Source: an uncultured virus (IMG/VR IMGVR_UViG_3300042400_001601)
Lineage: Duplodnaviria > Heunggongvirae > Uroviricota > Caudoviricetes
IMG/VR virus record: IMGVR_UViG_3300042400_001601
Reading direction: 5' to 3' (one strand)
Length of the DNA: 63,170 bases
This document shows, in pieces, positions 35,455 to 45,107 of this stretch; position 1 is the stretch's first letter; the number at the start of each line of letters is the position of its first letter. The notes beneath the pieces were generated by a model. That model had not been told where the DNA came from. It saw nothing but the letters and a program-made list of their open reading frames with translations, and did no database searches. The translations under genes and the position numbers were made by a program.

Positions 35455-36204
35455 ATGAGCCGATTTTTAAAGTTATTAGAAGAAGCAAAGATAGCTAATA
35501 ACCCAGCTATCTATACTAAAAAACTAGATACTCTAATTAACTACTTAAAGGATAAAGAAAAAGTATTACTACTTACAACCAGTAACCGTTGGGAAGGCGA
35601 CAAGGAGCAACCTAAGAGTACACAACTAGCAGAGTTTGTTAAAAAAGAAGTCGGTAACAATGCAGAATTAATTGACGTAAGCAAACTTACAATATATTGC
35701 TGTGAGGGTAATGTGAGTAAAATGGACGGTAATAATTGTGGAGTTAAAGACGCAGCTTTAAAAGACAAAGAAAAAAACCCTACCGGGGATCACCGTTGCT
35801 GGGCATCTATAAACAATAAAGATGATGAATTATGGAAAGTATCTAAACCTTTATTTGAAGCTGATGCTGTAATATTTTTTGTGAGTGTGCGCTGGGGACA
35901 AGCTAATAGTGTTTATCAAAAATTAATTGAACGTCTAAACTGGATAGAGAATAGACATACAACTTTAGAAGAAGATAATATAATAGAAGGTAAAGACGCT
36001 GGTATTGTAGTTATAGGTCAAAACTGGAACGGTACAGCTGTCTTAGATACCCAGAAAAAAGTATTAGACTTTTACGGCTTTAACGTGCCTGATGAGTTAA
36101 GCTTTAACTGGCAATATACCGACGATACTTTAGATGAAACTCAAGAGAGCTATAAAAAAGCTCCAGAAGCGTTTGAAAAGTCTTTCGACATTAAACTGAA
36201 GTAA
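35455..36204 (+). CDS. Flavodoxin-like NAD(P)H-dependent FMN reductase / iron-sulfur flavoprotein family
   Basis: LTTSNR, LIDVSKLTIYCCEG...C...CWAS..DD, ADAVIF..VRWG, LIERL. Confidence 0.75.
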   Translation: MSRFLKLLEEAKIANNPAIYTKKLDTLINYLKDKEKVLLLTTSNRWEGDKEQPKSTQLAEFVKKEVGNNAELIDVSKLTIYCCEGNVSKMDGNNCGVKDAALKDKEKNPTGDHRCWASINNKDDELWKVSKPLFEADAVIFFVSVRWGQANSVYQKLIERLNWIENRHTTLEEDNIIEGKDAGIVVIGQNWNGTAVLDTQKKVLDFYGFNVPDELSFNWQYTDDTLDETQESYKKAPEAFEKSFDIKLK

Positions 36205-36883
36205 CTGGCCCGTAACGCTCTTCTATAATTTTCATATTGCGGGCATACGTAACTTGCTGGTTAGGATTAGCATTAACCGTTGACCCGCCTTCGTGAAAGA
36301 TGGGGAACGGTCCCGCAACTTTATTAGTACCTACAACTCCGTCTAGTCTTACTTCAGGCACTTGGTGTATACTGTACCCTGCATTGTACGCTCGAATGCA
36401 AAAATCAATATCTTCTCCACAGCCAGGGGTAAAAGTCTCATCAAGTAAACCGACTTTGTTTATTACTTCTCTTTTAATAGCCGCGCAAAAGAAAAGCACC
36501 CAGGGCTTATGGCCTTGATAGCGTTTAATAAGCCCAGTAACTCCTGCTTTAGGGTGATTATTAAAAGGTTCAAGAAGTTGATCTAGCCAAGACTTATCAA
36601 ATAAGACAGTATCGTTGTTAAGCAATATAACATAATCTCCAGTAGCAGCTGACATACCCATATTAACCGCTTTAGGGTACCCTAAAGGTTTAGGCCACTG
36701 AACCATATGAAAATGTTTATTTTTATACTCTGCTTCAAAAAGTACTTTTGTATAATCTGTACAGCCATTTGATACTATAATCACTTCCCCATCTGTCAAA
36801 TCAGTATTATCTTTAACACTTTTAAGACATTTATTAAGAAGGTCCCAACGATTGAGTGTTGGTATTACTATAGAAAATTTCAT
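36191..36883 (-). CDS. Glycosyltransferase family 2 (paralog of 4951..5646)
   Basis: SIVIPTLN, VSNGCTD, ILLNNDT, GEDIDFCIRA. Confidence 0.9.
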   Translation of the reverse strand: MKFSIVIPTLNRWDLLNKCLKSVKDNTDLTDGEVIIVSNGCTDYTKVLFEAEYKNKHFHMVQWPKPLGYPKAVNMGMSAATGDYVILLNNDTVLFDKSWLDQLLEPFNNHPKAGVTGLIKRYQGHKPWVLFFCAAIKREVINKVGLLDETFTPGCGEDIDFCIRAYNAGYSIHQVPEVRLDGVVGTNKVAGPFPIFHEGGSTVNANPNQQVTYARNMKIIEERYGPVTSV

Positions 36884-37458
36884 AGCTTGTAAGAGATACT
36901 ATGAAAAAAGCTTCCTAATTTATTACAGGTAGCATACCAGACCCTACGGGAAAACCACCGATAGGGTTTAGTATGAAAAACATATTTGTTATACCAAACG
37001 TTATTTTGTCTTTCAATTTCTCCTGCCCAGTTTTTCTCTCTTTGTTTACGTTCTGTATTATCTTCTTTAGTAAACTCAAACAGTTCGATTCTGACAAGAT
37101 TTCCTTCGTTAAATATTGCTTTAAATTCTACCCAGCAGTCATACTTGTCCTGCACGTCTATAATAGAATCATAAAAATATATTTCCCCGTGATACCCAAT
37201 AGCTTGTAAATAAGGGTCTTTTGTTTCTAGACGTCCCATTCTATCAATCCATTTTTTAGCTTTTGGATCTCCTTCTATCCATGTTTCAGTCTTATAGAGT
37301 TGTCTAAACAACTTACCGTCTTGTATAAAATAAGACCCCATTACATTATCTAAATCTTTGGTTTGAAAAATCCATGTGTTTTTATCAAGACCAAGAGCGA
37401 TCATTTCTTCCGAATAAGGAAGATTGCCAGATACACTGATATTATCGAACATTCCCAT
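36880..37458 (-). CDS. Conserved phage hypothetical protein (MGMFD...FQTKDL type)
   Basis: MGMFD N-terminus, FQTKDL, HGEIYFY, WVEFKAIF. Confidence 0.7.
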   Translation of the reverse strand: MGMFDNISVSGNLPYSEEMIALGLDKNTWIFQTKDLDNVMGSYFIQDGKLFRQLYKTETWIEGDPKAKKWIDRMGRLETKDPYLQAIGYHGEIYFYDSIIDVQDKYDCWVEFKAIFNEGNLVRIELFEFTKEDNTERKQREKNWAGEIERQNNVWYNKYVFHTKPYRWFSRRVWYATCNKLGSFFHSISYKL

Positions 37459-37504
37459 ATAAATATTTTAGTGTAATTTTTTAGAAAATCAATAAGTAAT
37501 AACA

Positions 37505-37840
37505 ATGCATTCCAAGCAAAATAGAAAATTATTAGAAATGTATACATTGCTCAAAGAAGACAATGATACTGTTTCTGGGCTTGGAGGGGATTTTGTTGTC
37601 GAGGATAAAGCAGCTCTTGATTGGAAACAAGTAGGACTATACGAGCCGGATACCCCCACTGAAACAAAACAAACTGAAATTGCATTAAAAGAACTTGAGA
37701 GTTTGCTCAATAAATTTGATATGGCTTTAGAAACGTGGCGTAAGAAATATGAAAAACTTGGAGCAAATGATACTGTTTCTAAAGAACAATTAGGTCAGTT
37801 TATTGCTAAGACTAGATTAAATTTAACCAGATTAGATTAA
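37505..37840 (+). CDS. Hypothetical protein
   Basis: TAAGTA-N6-ATG; coupled to the next gene. Confidence 0.65.
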   Translation: MHSKQNRKLLEMYTLLKEDNDTVSGLGGDFVVEDKAALDWKQVGLYEPDTPTETKQTEIALKELESLLNKFDMALETWRKKYEKLGANDTVSKEQLGQFIAKTRLNLTRLD

Positions 37841-39501
37841 TGAATTTTCAACAATTTTATATTTTAAACGAAGGTGGAGCCGGTGGCCATATGGCGCATC
37901 CTTTTGATGTAGAAAACGTCAACACCGGTCAAGATTTAATAGATCTATTTGATAGAACGGTACGCTTTCTTTCTAAAAACCCGGCCCCATTAAAGATAGA
38001 TGGTGCTAATGCTAGTGTGCGCTTAGTAACTACCTCTGCAGGTACAAAACAATTTGCTCTGTATAGAGGGGCCAAAAAAGATGTAAAAGAAGCAATTACT
38101 ATAGACAAACTTAAAGAACGTTTTCCAGAGTCTCCGGGTATGGTTAAACTTGGTACTCAAGTTTTAACTATCTTTAACGAGTCTTTACTTAGTTCAATCG
38201 AAGAGCTACGTAGGTTAGGTTTATACAACGATCCTTTAATGTTTTTTAACACCGAGTTTGTAAGCGGTAGTACAAACGTAATAGGCTATAAGAATAACTT
38301 TTTAGCTATACATTTAATTGAAAAGATTGTTGAAAAGAAGAGTTTAATAAAAGGATCTATAAGTTACGCAAGTCAAAAAGTATTATATGATAAAGATATT
38401 TTAGAGCAATACGTAAAGAAAGTAAATGCTGTAGCAGAAAAATACAATTTTAAAGTCATACATCAAATACCTGCCCAATTAGTAAACACTCCAGATTTTA
38501 ATAAAGTTTTACAAAGCACTCTTACTATTAATAATGAAAAGAAGACTTTAAAAAATTGGTTAGCACAAGCCATTAACCCTCTCAATAAAATAGTACACTT
38601 AAAAACTAATAAAACTGTAGCTGCAAATAACCAAGGGCTTTATTTAGATGTTATTGAAAGACAAGCCCAATTAGGGGATCTAATTGACGGTAACGATATA
38701 AAAGCCGCCACTGATGGTATAGTATTTTGGCATGCAACTCGTTTATTGGGTAAAGAAATATTAGATAATGTTACTTCTGAATTAGGTTCCGGTTCCACTC
38801 AAGAAGGTATAGTTATTAATTCAAAAAGCGTTGCCCCGATTATCTTTAAAATAACTGGCGACTTTTTTATACGTAATCAGCTAAGTCCATTTAAGAAAGT
38901 TGGCAAACCGCCTAGTAAGATAGCTGTTATTTACCCGGGTAGATTCCAGCCATTTCATTTAGGGCACGCTTCAGTATATAATAGTTTAAGAAAACAATTT
39001 CCAGGGGCAGATGTTATTATAGCTACTTCTGATAAAGTCGAACCAATAGATTCTCCTTTTACTTTTGAAGAGCGTAAAAAAATGATTATAGCAAGTAACG
39101 TTGATGCTAATGCAGTGCAAAAAGCAGTCAATCCTTATCTTGCTAGAGAAATACTATCTCAATACGACGCAAGCGGTACTATAGCTATTTTTGCAGTAGG
39201 CGCTAAAGATATGACCGGGCCGGATGCTCGTTTTAAATTTGGTGTTAAAAAAGACGGTAACCCGACTTACTATCAACCCTTTACAGCTGTTAACGACTGT
39301 CTTACTTTAGACAGACATGGCTATATAGTTACCGCCCCTACTATGTCTTTTAAAGTTTTAGGTACACCGATTACCGGTGCATCTGAAGTTAGAGAACTAT
39401 GGAGAATTTCTAACGCTAATAAAAGAAAACAAATTATAATAGACCTGTACGGTGCTTTTATACCGGAACTGTATAATTTGTTTACTATTAAAATAAAGTA
39501 A
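37840..39501 (+). CDS. Phage protein with a ligase-like (K.DG) domain fused to a cytidyltransferase-like HxGH domain
   Basis: EGGAGGHMAHPFD, LKIDG, EGIV, FKITG; YPGRFQPFHLGH, PFTFEERK, GASEVR. Confidence 0.75.
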   Translation: MNFQQFYILNEGGAGGHMAHPFDVENVNTGQDLIDLFDRTVRFLSKNPAPLKIDGANASVRLVTTSAGTKQFALYRGAKKDVKEAITIDKLKERFPESPGMVKLGTQVLTIFNESLLSSIEELRRLGLYNDPLMFFNTEFVSGSTNVIGYKNNFLAIHLIEKIVEKKSLIKGSISYASQKVLYDKDILEQYVKKVNAVAEKYNFKVIHQIPAQLVNTPDFNKVLQSTLTINNEKKTLKNWLAQAINPLNKIVHLKTNKTVAANNQGLYLDVIERQAQLGDLIDGNDIKAATDGIVFWHATRLLGKEILDNVTSELGSGSTQEGIVINSKSVAPIIFKITGDFFIRNQLSPFKKVGKPPSKIAVIYPGRFQPFHLGHASVYNSLRKQFPGADVIIATSDKVEPIDSPFTFEERKKMIIASNVDANAVQKAVNPYLAREILSQYDASGTIAIFAVGAKDMTGPDARFKFGVKKDGNPTYYQPFTAVNDCLTLDRHGYIVTAPTMSFKVLGTPITGASEVRELWRISNANKRKQIIIDLYGAFIPELYNLFTIKIK

Positions 39502-39502
39502 C

Positions 39503-40042
39503 TCAATAGTAAAAGTCTTCTTTAACTACTTCTTGTTTCTTTTTTAAAGCAGCTATACCTTGCCCGTCAGTAATTACTTCAATTAAGTCATAATACTTTA
39601 ACGACATTTGATAGTCTGAACGATTAAAGTCGTGAATAAAAACAATTACATTTTCATCTATAATATCCCAAAGATATTTTGCGCAATATTTTCTTGCTCT
39701 ACCGTCTATAAGAGCTTTAGTAAATTTTAATTTTTTAGTCGCAGGTATGTGGATATAATCTTTAAATTGTTCGTACCTACACGGCTTGGGGTCCGGACTA
39801 TGGGCAGCTTGATATATTAACTCTACATTAGTAATATCATACGCGCTTATTACTTTTTTAAGATTGTTTATCCAATCTATATCGTGCTCTATAGAAATAA
39901 CATTTTTCACTATACCGGAAAAGTATATAGTGCTGTTACCACTACCATATTCGAGCAGTGTATCGTCTCTGTTTAAATATTTTTCTATAAACTTATACTC
40001 ATGCTCATGCATGAGAGGTCTAAAAGAGTTAAATTTATTCAT
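39503..40042 (-). CDS. SAM-dependent methyltransferase
   Basis: LLEYGSGNST, SIEHD..W, LIDGRAR, IHDF. Confidence 0.82.
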   Translation of the reverse strand: MNKFNSFRPLMHEHEYKFIEKYLNRDDTLLEYGSGNSTIYFSGIVKNVISIEHDIDWINNLKKVISAYDITNVELIYQAAHSPDPKPCRYEQFKDYIHIPATKKLKFTKALIDGRARKYCAKYLWDIIDENVIVFIHDFNRSDYQMSLKYYDLIEVITDGQGIAALKKKQEVVKEDFYY

Positions 40043-41637
40043 CGGTTATTTTCGTATATATCCATTACTTCCTTCACAACAGTATCGACATCTGGTAGAT
40101 ATTCAAGTACTGTCTTTTCTTTTGGAATAAAATCAATAGTATCGTGTTTAAACTCTGTATGACGAACTTCAAGATCGTCTAAGAGAAGATTCTTACGAAG
40201 TGCTTTTGTTTTATAATACTGAGTACCATTACGGAATGGTAAAATATGGTCCTCGTGTTTGCAAGTAGGGAATGTAACAATCCAGTTATCAAACGCTCCC
40301 GCAACATGTAAAGGAGATGAATCATTAGTTACTAAGCACCTTGAAAGGGAGATAAGAGCAAAAAGCTGACCGAGTGTGGTAAGATCTCTAAGATCGTAAC
40401 CGTCTTCCGGCACTTTAACCGGCAAATACCCTTGCTTTTCATCAATAGTTCTACCGATTAGTACTACGGTAAGTTTTTCTGAGAGTTTGTTAACAATATC
40501 CTGCCACCAATCAATTGGTAGGGTCTTTGAAGGCCACCATCTGCCTGCGTGAACAATTACAGTAGGTTTATCAGGATTTTTATTTTTAAACAAATCAATT
40601 ACATAAGAAACGTCTTCAGTGTCTAGTTTTAATTGAATAGTTTTATCCTTATTAGGAATCGTTCTCTTAATCATGGACATCGAAGCAAAATCAGTAGGAT
40701 GAAAAAGCACGTGGGACAATTTATGCTCAGATTGCTCTTCATCCGGGCAGGTATGCATTGTTATTAATGCATCATTTATTCCTTTCCATTGATCGTAGTT
40801 AATTACCGGACAACTAAGATGTTCAAATAGTCTCGGAAAGTGAGTCACAACTGTAATGTTTGTGTCTGGATATAATTTTTGTACGTATCGTATAGCGGGC
40901 TCTGAACAGAGCTGGTCTCCTAGCCCTGCGGTTACCGAGATTAAAATATTACGCTTATATTTATATCCTTCTTGTTTGTCTTTTTCCCATTGTTCAATAT
41001 CTTTAAGAATAACATCCATTTGTATATTCTTTGGGGCCCCAGCATAATGTACTATATAAGAATTTAAACGAGAGATTCCACAAAATTTATCAAGAATGTC
41101 CATACGATTAAAATCATAATGCAAATCATGCATTTCAATCTTATCGTTTAAAATTCTAAGATTAATATAGGGTTGATCTGTCTCAACAAAATCAACCCCT
41201 TTAGGAAGTCTAAAGATTTGTTTATGTATACGTGAGATAACCATTACCCCGGAATTGTAAAATTTGCCGCCCCATTTTTTTAGCGGTTCATTATAATATT
41301 CTGAAGCTTGTTCAAGGTACTCAAAACGCGGAGCGTACCGGCCTTCGTTAAGCATACCTAGTTTATTTTCAGGTACAATTTTAAGAAGATCGGGGCAATC
41401 TTCTCTAATTAAAATATCAATATCGAAGTAGATGATTCGTTTATATTGATTTAAAAGTTCAGCTATGAGAAATTTATTCCACTTCTGAGTGATATAATAT
41501 TTGTTAAATTCGGCAATATTTAAAAAATCAGCACCAATTTTTTCGGCGTAGTTTTTAATAGAAGGCAAAGTAATCTTTGCAACTTCGTTATAGTAATCCC
41601 CAATTGAGATGGTTAAAACTAGGCTCTCTTTTTTCAT
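40039..41637 (-). CDS. GT8-like plus GT9 (heptosyltransferase-like) fusion glycosyltransferase
   Basis: YFDIDILI, YNSGVMV, DQPYIN, IVHYAG; GLGDQLC, HAG..WPSK, DLRDLTTL, VTNDSSPLHVAGA. Confidence 0.85.
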   Translation of the reverse strand: MKKESLVLTISIGDYYNEVAKITLPSIKNYAEKIGADFLNIAEFNKYYITQKWNKFLIAELLNQYKRIIYFDIDILIREDCPDLLKIVPENKLGMLNEGRYAPRFEYLEQASEYYNEPLKKWGGKFYNSGVMVISRIHKQIFRLPKGVDFVETDQPYINLRILNDKIEMHDLHYDFNRMDILDKFCGISRLNSYIVHYAGAPKNIQMDVILKDIEQWEKDKQEGYKYKRNILISVTAGLGDQLCSEPAIRYVQKLYPDTNITVVTHFPRLFEHLSCPVINYDQWKGINDALITMHTCPDEEQSEHKLSHVLFHPTDFASMSMIKRTIPNKDKTIQLKLDTEDVSYVIDLFKNKNPDKPTVIVHAGRWWPSKTLPIDWWQDIVNKLSEKLTVVLIGRTIDEKQGYLPVKVPEDGYDLRDLTTLGQLFALISLSRCLVTNDSSPLHVAGAFDNWIVTFPTCKHEDHILPFRNGTQYYKTKALRKNLLLDDLEVRHTEFKHDTIDFIPKEKTVLEYLPDVDTVVKEVMDIYENNR

Positions 41638-42367
41638 AGTTCTCTTTAAGTTTATATGAAGTTAAAGCTTTTTCAATCTCAACAATTAACTTTTCTGACA
41701 TAATTTCTTTATACCCACCGATTTTTCCTTTAACAGGGCCAAAATTAGGTAAGGATTTATCCTGAACATCGGGAATATTTGCTGCAATTTTCTTTTCAAT
41801 CCAATTTTCAATTTTTTGTTTAAGAAAAGAATAATTTGTAAGCATATCTTCGTAATCAACTACAAGCATTTTATCTTTATACTTTAACCAACCATTAGTA
41901 TGCAAAAACCAGCGATGAACATAACTTTCTGGTTCAATGATAATATGCGGATCGGGTACATATGGTTTAAAAAAATTAAAACCAATAGTGCCAGGTTTAC
42001 TAAATACCCATTCTTCAAATGACGGAAAATTCTTTATTTCCGTAGAATGTAAAAATTTGTAGTAGCTGTTTAACACATCTTTAATATCTCGCTTAACATA
42101 AATAACTTTATATTTGGTAAACAAAAATTCTAAATAGTCTTCCATAAACTCAACTTGATGATGGGACTTGTTTACTGAATCTACAAAATATGCGTTAGAT
42201 ATAATATGTTTGTATGTATTATGTTTATAGTCTTTTAAATTAAACTCGAGAGCTTTTGAGGTAAAACCGATAGTAGTAAACTGTCCTTTCTTATCATGGT
42301 TTATACAATTAATTAATAAATGCGTACCAGATCGCTCGTGTGTTATAACAATTACCGGTTTAACCAT
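41588..42367 (-). CDS. PAPS-dependent sulfotransferase
   Basis: 5'-PSB HERSGTHLL, KSHH, 3'-PB YVKRDIKDVLNSYY, VDYEDM, KGKIGGYK. Confidence 0.88.
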   Translation of the reverse strand: MVKPVIVITHERSGTHLLINCINHDKKGQFTTIGFTSKALEFNLKDYKHNTYKHIISNAYFVDSVNKSHHQVEFMEDYLEFLFTKYKVIYVKRDIKDVLNSYYKFLHSTEIKNFPSFEEWVFSKPGTIGFNFFKPYVPDPHIIIEPESYVHRWFLHTNGWLKYKDKMLVVDYEDMLTNYSFLKQKIENWIEKKIAANIPDVQDKSLPNFGPVKGKIGGYKEIMSEKLIVEIEKALTSYKLKENYEKREPSFNHLNWGLL

Positions 42368-42369
42368 TA

Positions 42370-44583
42370 TTAAATATTATAAACTCTTACCGGTGTAAGT
42401 ACAACTACATTTTCAGGCTGAATTGGCAATTGCCCGGAATCATTTCGGCCCCAACCCCAAACTTTTCCATTTTTATCTATAGCTATTGTAGAATTATTAA
42501 TTGCAGCTATTTTGCAAAATGTTTTATTAGCCCCTACAACACTGACAGGGGTGTTTCGCTGAGTTGATGTATTGTCGCCAAGTTGTCCGTAAAGATTATA
42601 ACCCCAGCCCCATGCTTTTCCGTATCTGTCTATAGCTACAGAATGGCCAAAGCCGCCTGCTATTTCACAAAATGTTTTAACCGCCCCTTGAACACTAAAT
42701 ACATCATCGTCTCTATCATCCCAATTGGTATTTCCAACTTGCCCAAAGTCATTATATCCCCACCCCCAACACCTTCCACGTAAATCAATAGCAAGTCCAT
42801 GATCAGAACCTGCGGCTATTTTACAGAAAGTACGATTAGTTAATGCAACAGAGATAGGCGTATTCACGGATACAAGGGCATCTACATCTCTAGCCAATTT
42901 TCCGCCAGCATTATCTCCCCACCCCCACAGTCTACCTGTACTTCTTAAAGCAAGAGAAAATTGAGTTCCTGCTGCTACTTGACAAAATGTTTTTATTGCC
43001 CCAAGTACGCTTACAGGGGTATTCCGCGAGACCGTTGAATTATTTCCAAGGGCTCCAAACGTATTATTTCCCCACGCCCAAGCTCTGCCGTTTTTATCTA
43101 TAGCTAAAGAATGAGCGTTTCCGCAATCTATTTGACAAAATGTTTTAGCGGCCCCAAGAATGCTAACAGGGGTATTTCGCTGAGTGGTAGAATTATCTCC
43201 AATTCTGCCGTTTGTATTTAAGCCCCAACCCCAAAGTCTACCGGTATTAGCAATCGCCAAGGTCCAACCTCCGCCGCTTGCTACTTTACAGAAAGTTTTA
43301 TTAACCCCTGCGAGGTTAATTGGAGTATATCTAGCAGTAGTTGTATTGTCTCCGATAAAACCAGATGTATTGACGCCCCAAGACCATATTTTGCCAACTC
43401 TATCTATCATTATCGAAAATCCACCACCAATATTAACTTGACAAAAAGTTTTATTTGCCCCTAAAACTATACTTTTTGGTGTTCGTACAAGAGCAGATAA
43501 GTTTGCTCCTAATTGACCTTGGTCGTTCGGGCCCCAAGCCCAGGTATTGTTATTTTTATCGATCGCTAAAGCATGTTGATTACCAGCAGCAATTTGACAA
43601 AATGTCTTTATGGCCCCAGCTACGCTAACCGGCGTGTTTCTAGCTGTAACAGAATTATCCCCAAGAAGTCCGGTTGTATTAAATCCCCAACCCCAAGCTC
43701 TACCGTTTTTATCAAGAGCAAGAGTCTGTCCGTTACTAAGACTTATTTTACAAAATGTTTTAACTGCCCCTGCTAAACTGACCGGTGTTAATTGTTGAAC
43801 GTTTGCACCATTTCCAAGCTGACCGCTATTATTAAAGCCCCAAGACCAAATTCTACCATTTTTATCAATTGCTGCACTAGTAGCGTTCCCTGCAGCTATT
43901 TCACAAAATGTTTTAACTACACCCAAAACACTTACAGGGGTAAGAGAGCTAACAGTTGAATTTCTCCCAAGACGTCCATCACCCCCGTTGCCCCACGCCC
44001 ATGCGCGTCCGTTTTTATCAATAGCTAAACTCCATGCATTTCCTGCTGCTATTTTGCAAAACGTTTTAACCGCGCCTAGGACGCTTACTGGAGTTCTTTT
44101 GCTAACAATTGTATTATCACCGAGGCGACCGTTGGCACCATCACCCCATGCCCATGCACGTCCAGTATGAGTCAGAGCTAAAGAATGGTTGCCAAGGCTT
44201 GCTGCTATATGGCAAAACGTTTTTACTCCTCCAAGAATACTTACTGGTGTGAGTCGCTGGGTAATTGTATTATCTCCTACTTCGCCAGAAATATTTCTAC
44301 CCCAACCCCATGCTCTACCGTTTTTATCTATAGCTAAAGAAAAATTGGCCCCTGCACTTATTTTGCAAAATGTTTTTACTGCCCCTAAAACACTTACAGG
44401 AGTTGACCTGTTGGCTGCCACCCCGGACACATTAATACCAAGTTGACCGAAGTTATTGTATCCCCAGCTCCATGCTCGACCGCTTTGTACAGACAAAGAA
44501 AAGAGTCCGCCCGCGGCAACAAGATCAGTTATCGCTGTAGCTCCTGCTTTTCTTCGTAACACCGTGCTAAATACTAAACTCAT
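42370..44583 (-). CDS. RCC1/BLIP-II repeat beta-propeller protein (~13-14 repeats)
   Basis: Repeated IAAG..HSLAIDKNGRAWAWG.N..GQLG.N.....TPVSV. Confidence 0.92.
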   Translation of the reverse strand: MSLVFSTVLRRKAGATAITDLVAAGGLFSLSVQSGRAWSWGYNNFGQLGINVSGVAANRSTPVSVLGAVKTFCKISAGANFSLAIDKNGRAWGWGRNISGEVGDNTITQRLTPVSILGGVKTFCHIAASLGNHSLALTHTGRAWAWGDGANGRLGDNTIVSKRTPVSVLGAVKTFCKIAAGNAWSLAIDKNGRAWAWGNGGDGRLGRNSTVSSLTPVSVLGVVKTFCEIAAGNATSAAIDKNGRIWSWGFNNSGQLGNGANVQQLTPVSLAGAVKTFCKISLSNGQTLALDKNGRAWGWGFNTTGLLGDNSVTARNTPVSVAGAIKTFCQIAAGNQHALAIDKNNNTWAWGPNDQGQLGANLSALVRTPKSIVLGANKTFCQVNIGGGFSIMIDRVGKIWSWGVNTSGFIGDNTTTARYTPINLAGVNKTFCKVASGGGWTLAIANTGRLWGWGLNTNGRIGDNSTTQRNTPVSILGAAKTFCQIDCGNAHSLAIDKNGRAWAWGNNTFGALGNNSTVSRNTPVSVLGAIKTFCQVAAGTQFSLALRSTGRLWGWGDNAGGKLARDVDALVSVNTPISVALTNRTFCKIAAGSDHGLAIDLRGRCWGWGYNDFGQVGNTNWDDRDDDVFSVQGAVKTFCEIAGGFGHSVAIDRYGKAWGWGYNLYGQLGDNTSTQRNTPVSVVGANKTFCKIAAINNSTIAIDKNGKVWGWGRNDSGQLPIQPENVVVLTPVRVYNI

Positions 44584-44590
44584 AACTTAA

Positions 44591-45100
44591 TTATAATGTT
44601 ACGGCAAGCGTAAAAATGTCATTTACTTGTTGTTCAGTTAAATTTAAATTTGTTGCCATCATATTAACAAGAGGGTGCTCTTTTTTAATTTCTAAAGCGT
44701 ACTCCCACTCTGCATAAGCAATTTCTTTTTGAGTGGGGTCGGTAATTGCATTAATTTGGGAATCTATTATAGATGGCATTATACCAGTTAAAATTAATGC
44801 AATTCTTAATTGTCTAGGAGTACAACTATCCGGGGGCTGTGGGAGTCTATCGTTAATTTCTTGTTGGGATAAATTTCTAACATATGATTCTTCGATCCAT
44901 TTATAATTAGACAAATCTGCAAAAGATCTACGCTCTAGAGTTTGAGTTTGAGAATTGTAAACGGGATCTGACCGTCTCTCTATTTCGAGCTCAACTAAAT
45001 AGTCTGGCAAAGTCCCGGGTTCTCCATCTACAAGATAACGTCCTTGCCTGATTGGTCCTTCTCTTTGCTGAGTATTTAAATTATATAGAAATGTTTCCAT
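44591..45100 (-). CDS. Tail-fibre-associated/assembly protein
   Basis: TPRQLRIAL...EWEYA....HPLV...LNLTEQQVNDIF..A motif typical of fibre-adjacent genes. Confidence 0.6.
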   Translation of the reverse strand: METFLYNLNTQQREGPIRQGRYLVDGEPGTLPDYLVELEIERRSDPVYNSQTQTLERRSFADLSNYKWIEESYVRNLSQQEINDRLPQPPDSCTPRQLRIALILTGIMPSIIDSQINAITDPTQKEIAYAEWEYALEIKKEHPLVNMMATNLNLTEQQVNDIFTLAVTL

Positions 45101-45107
45101 AAATTAA

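Noticed and set aside
42370..44583. Repeats as a diversity-generating retroelement target/template pair
   Set aside because: No reverse transcriptase or adenine-specific TR/VR pair seen; these are ordinary RCC1 repeats
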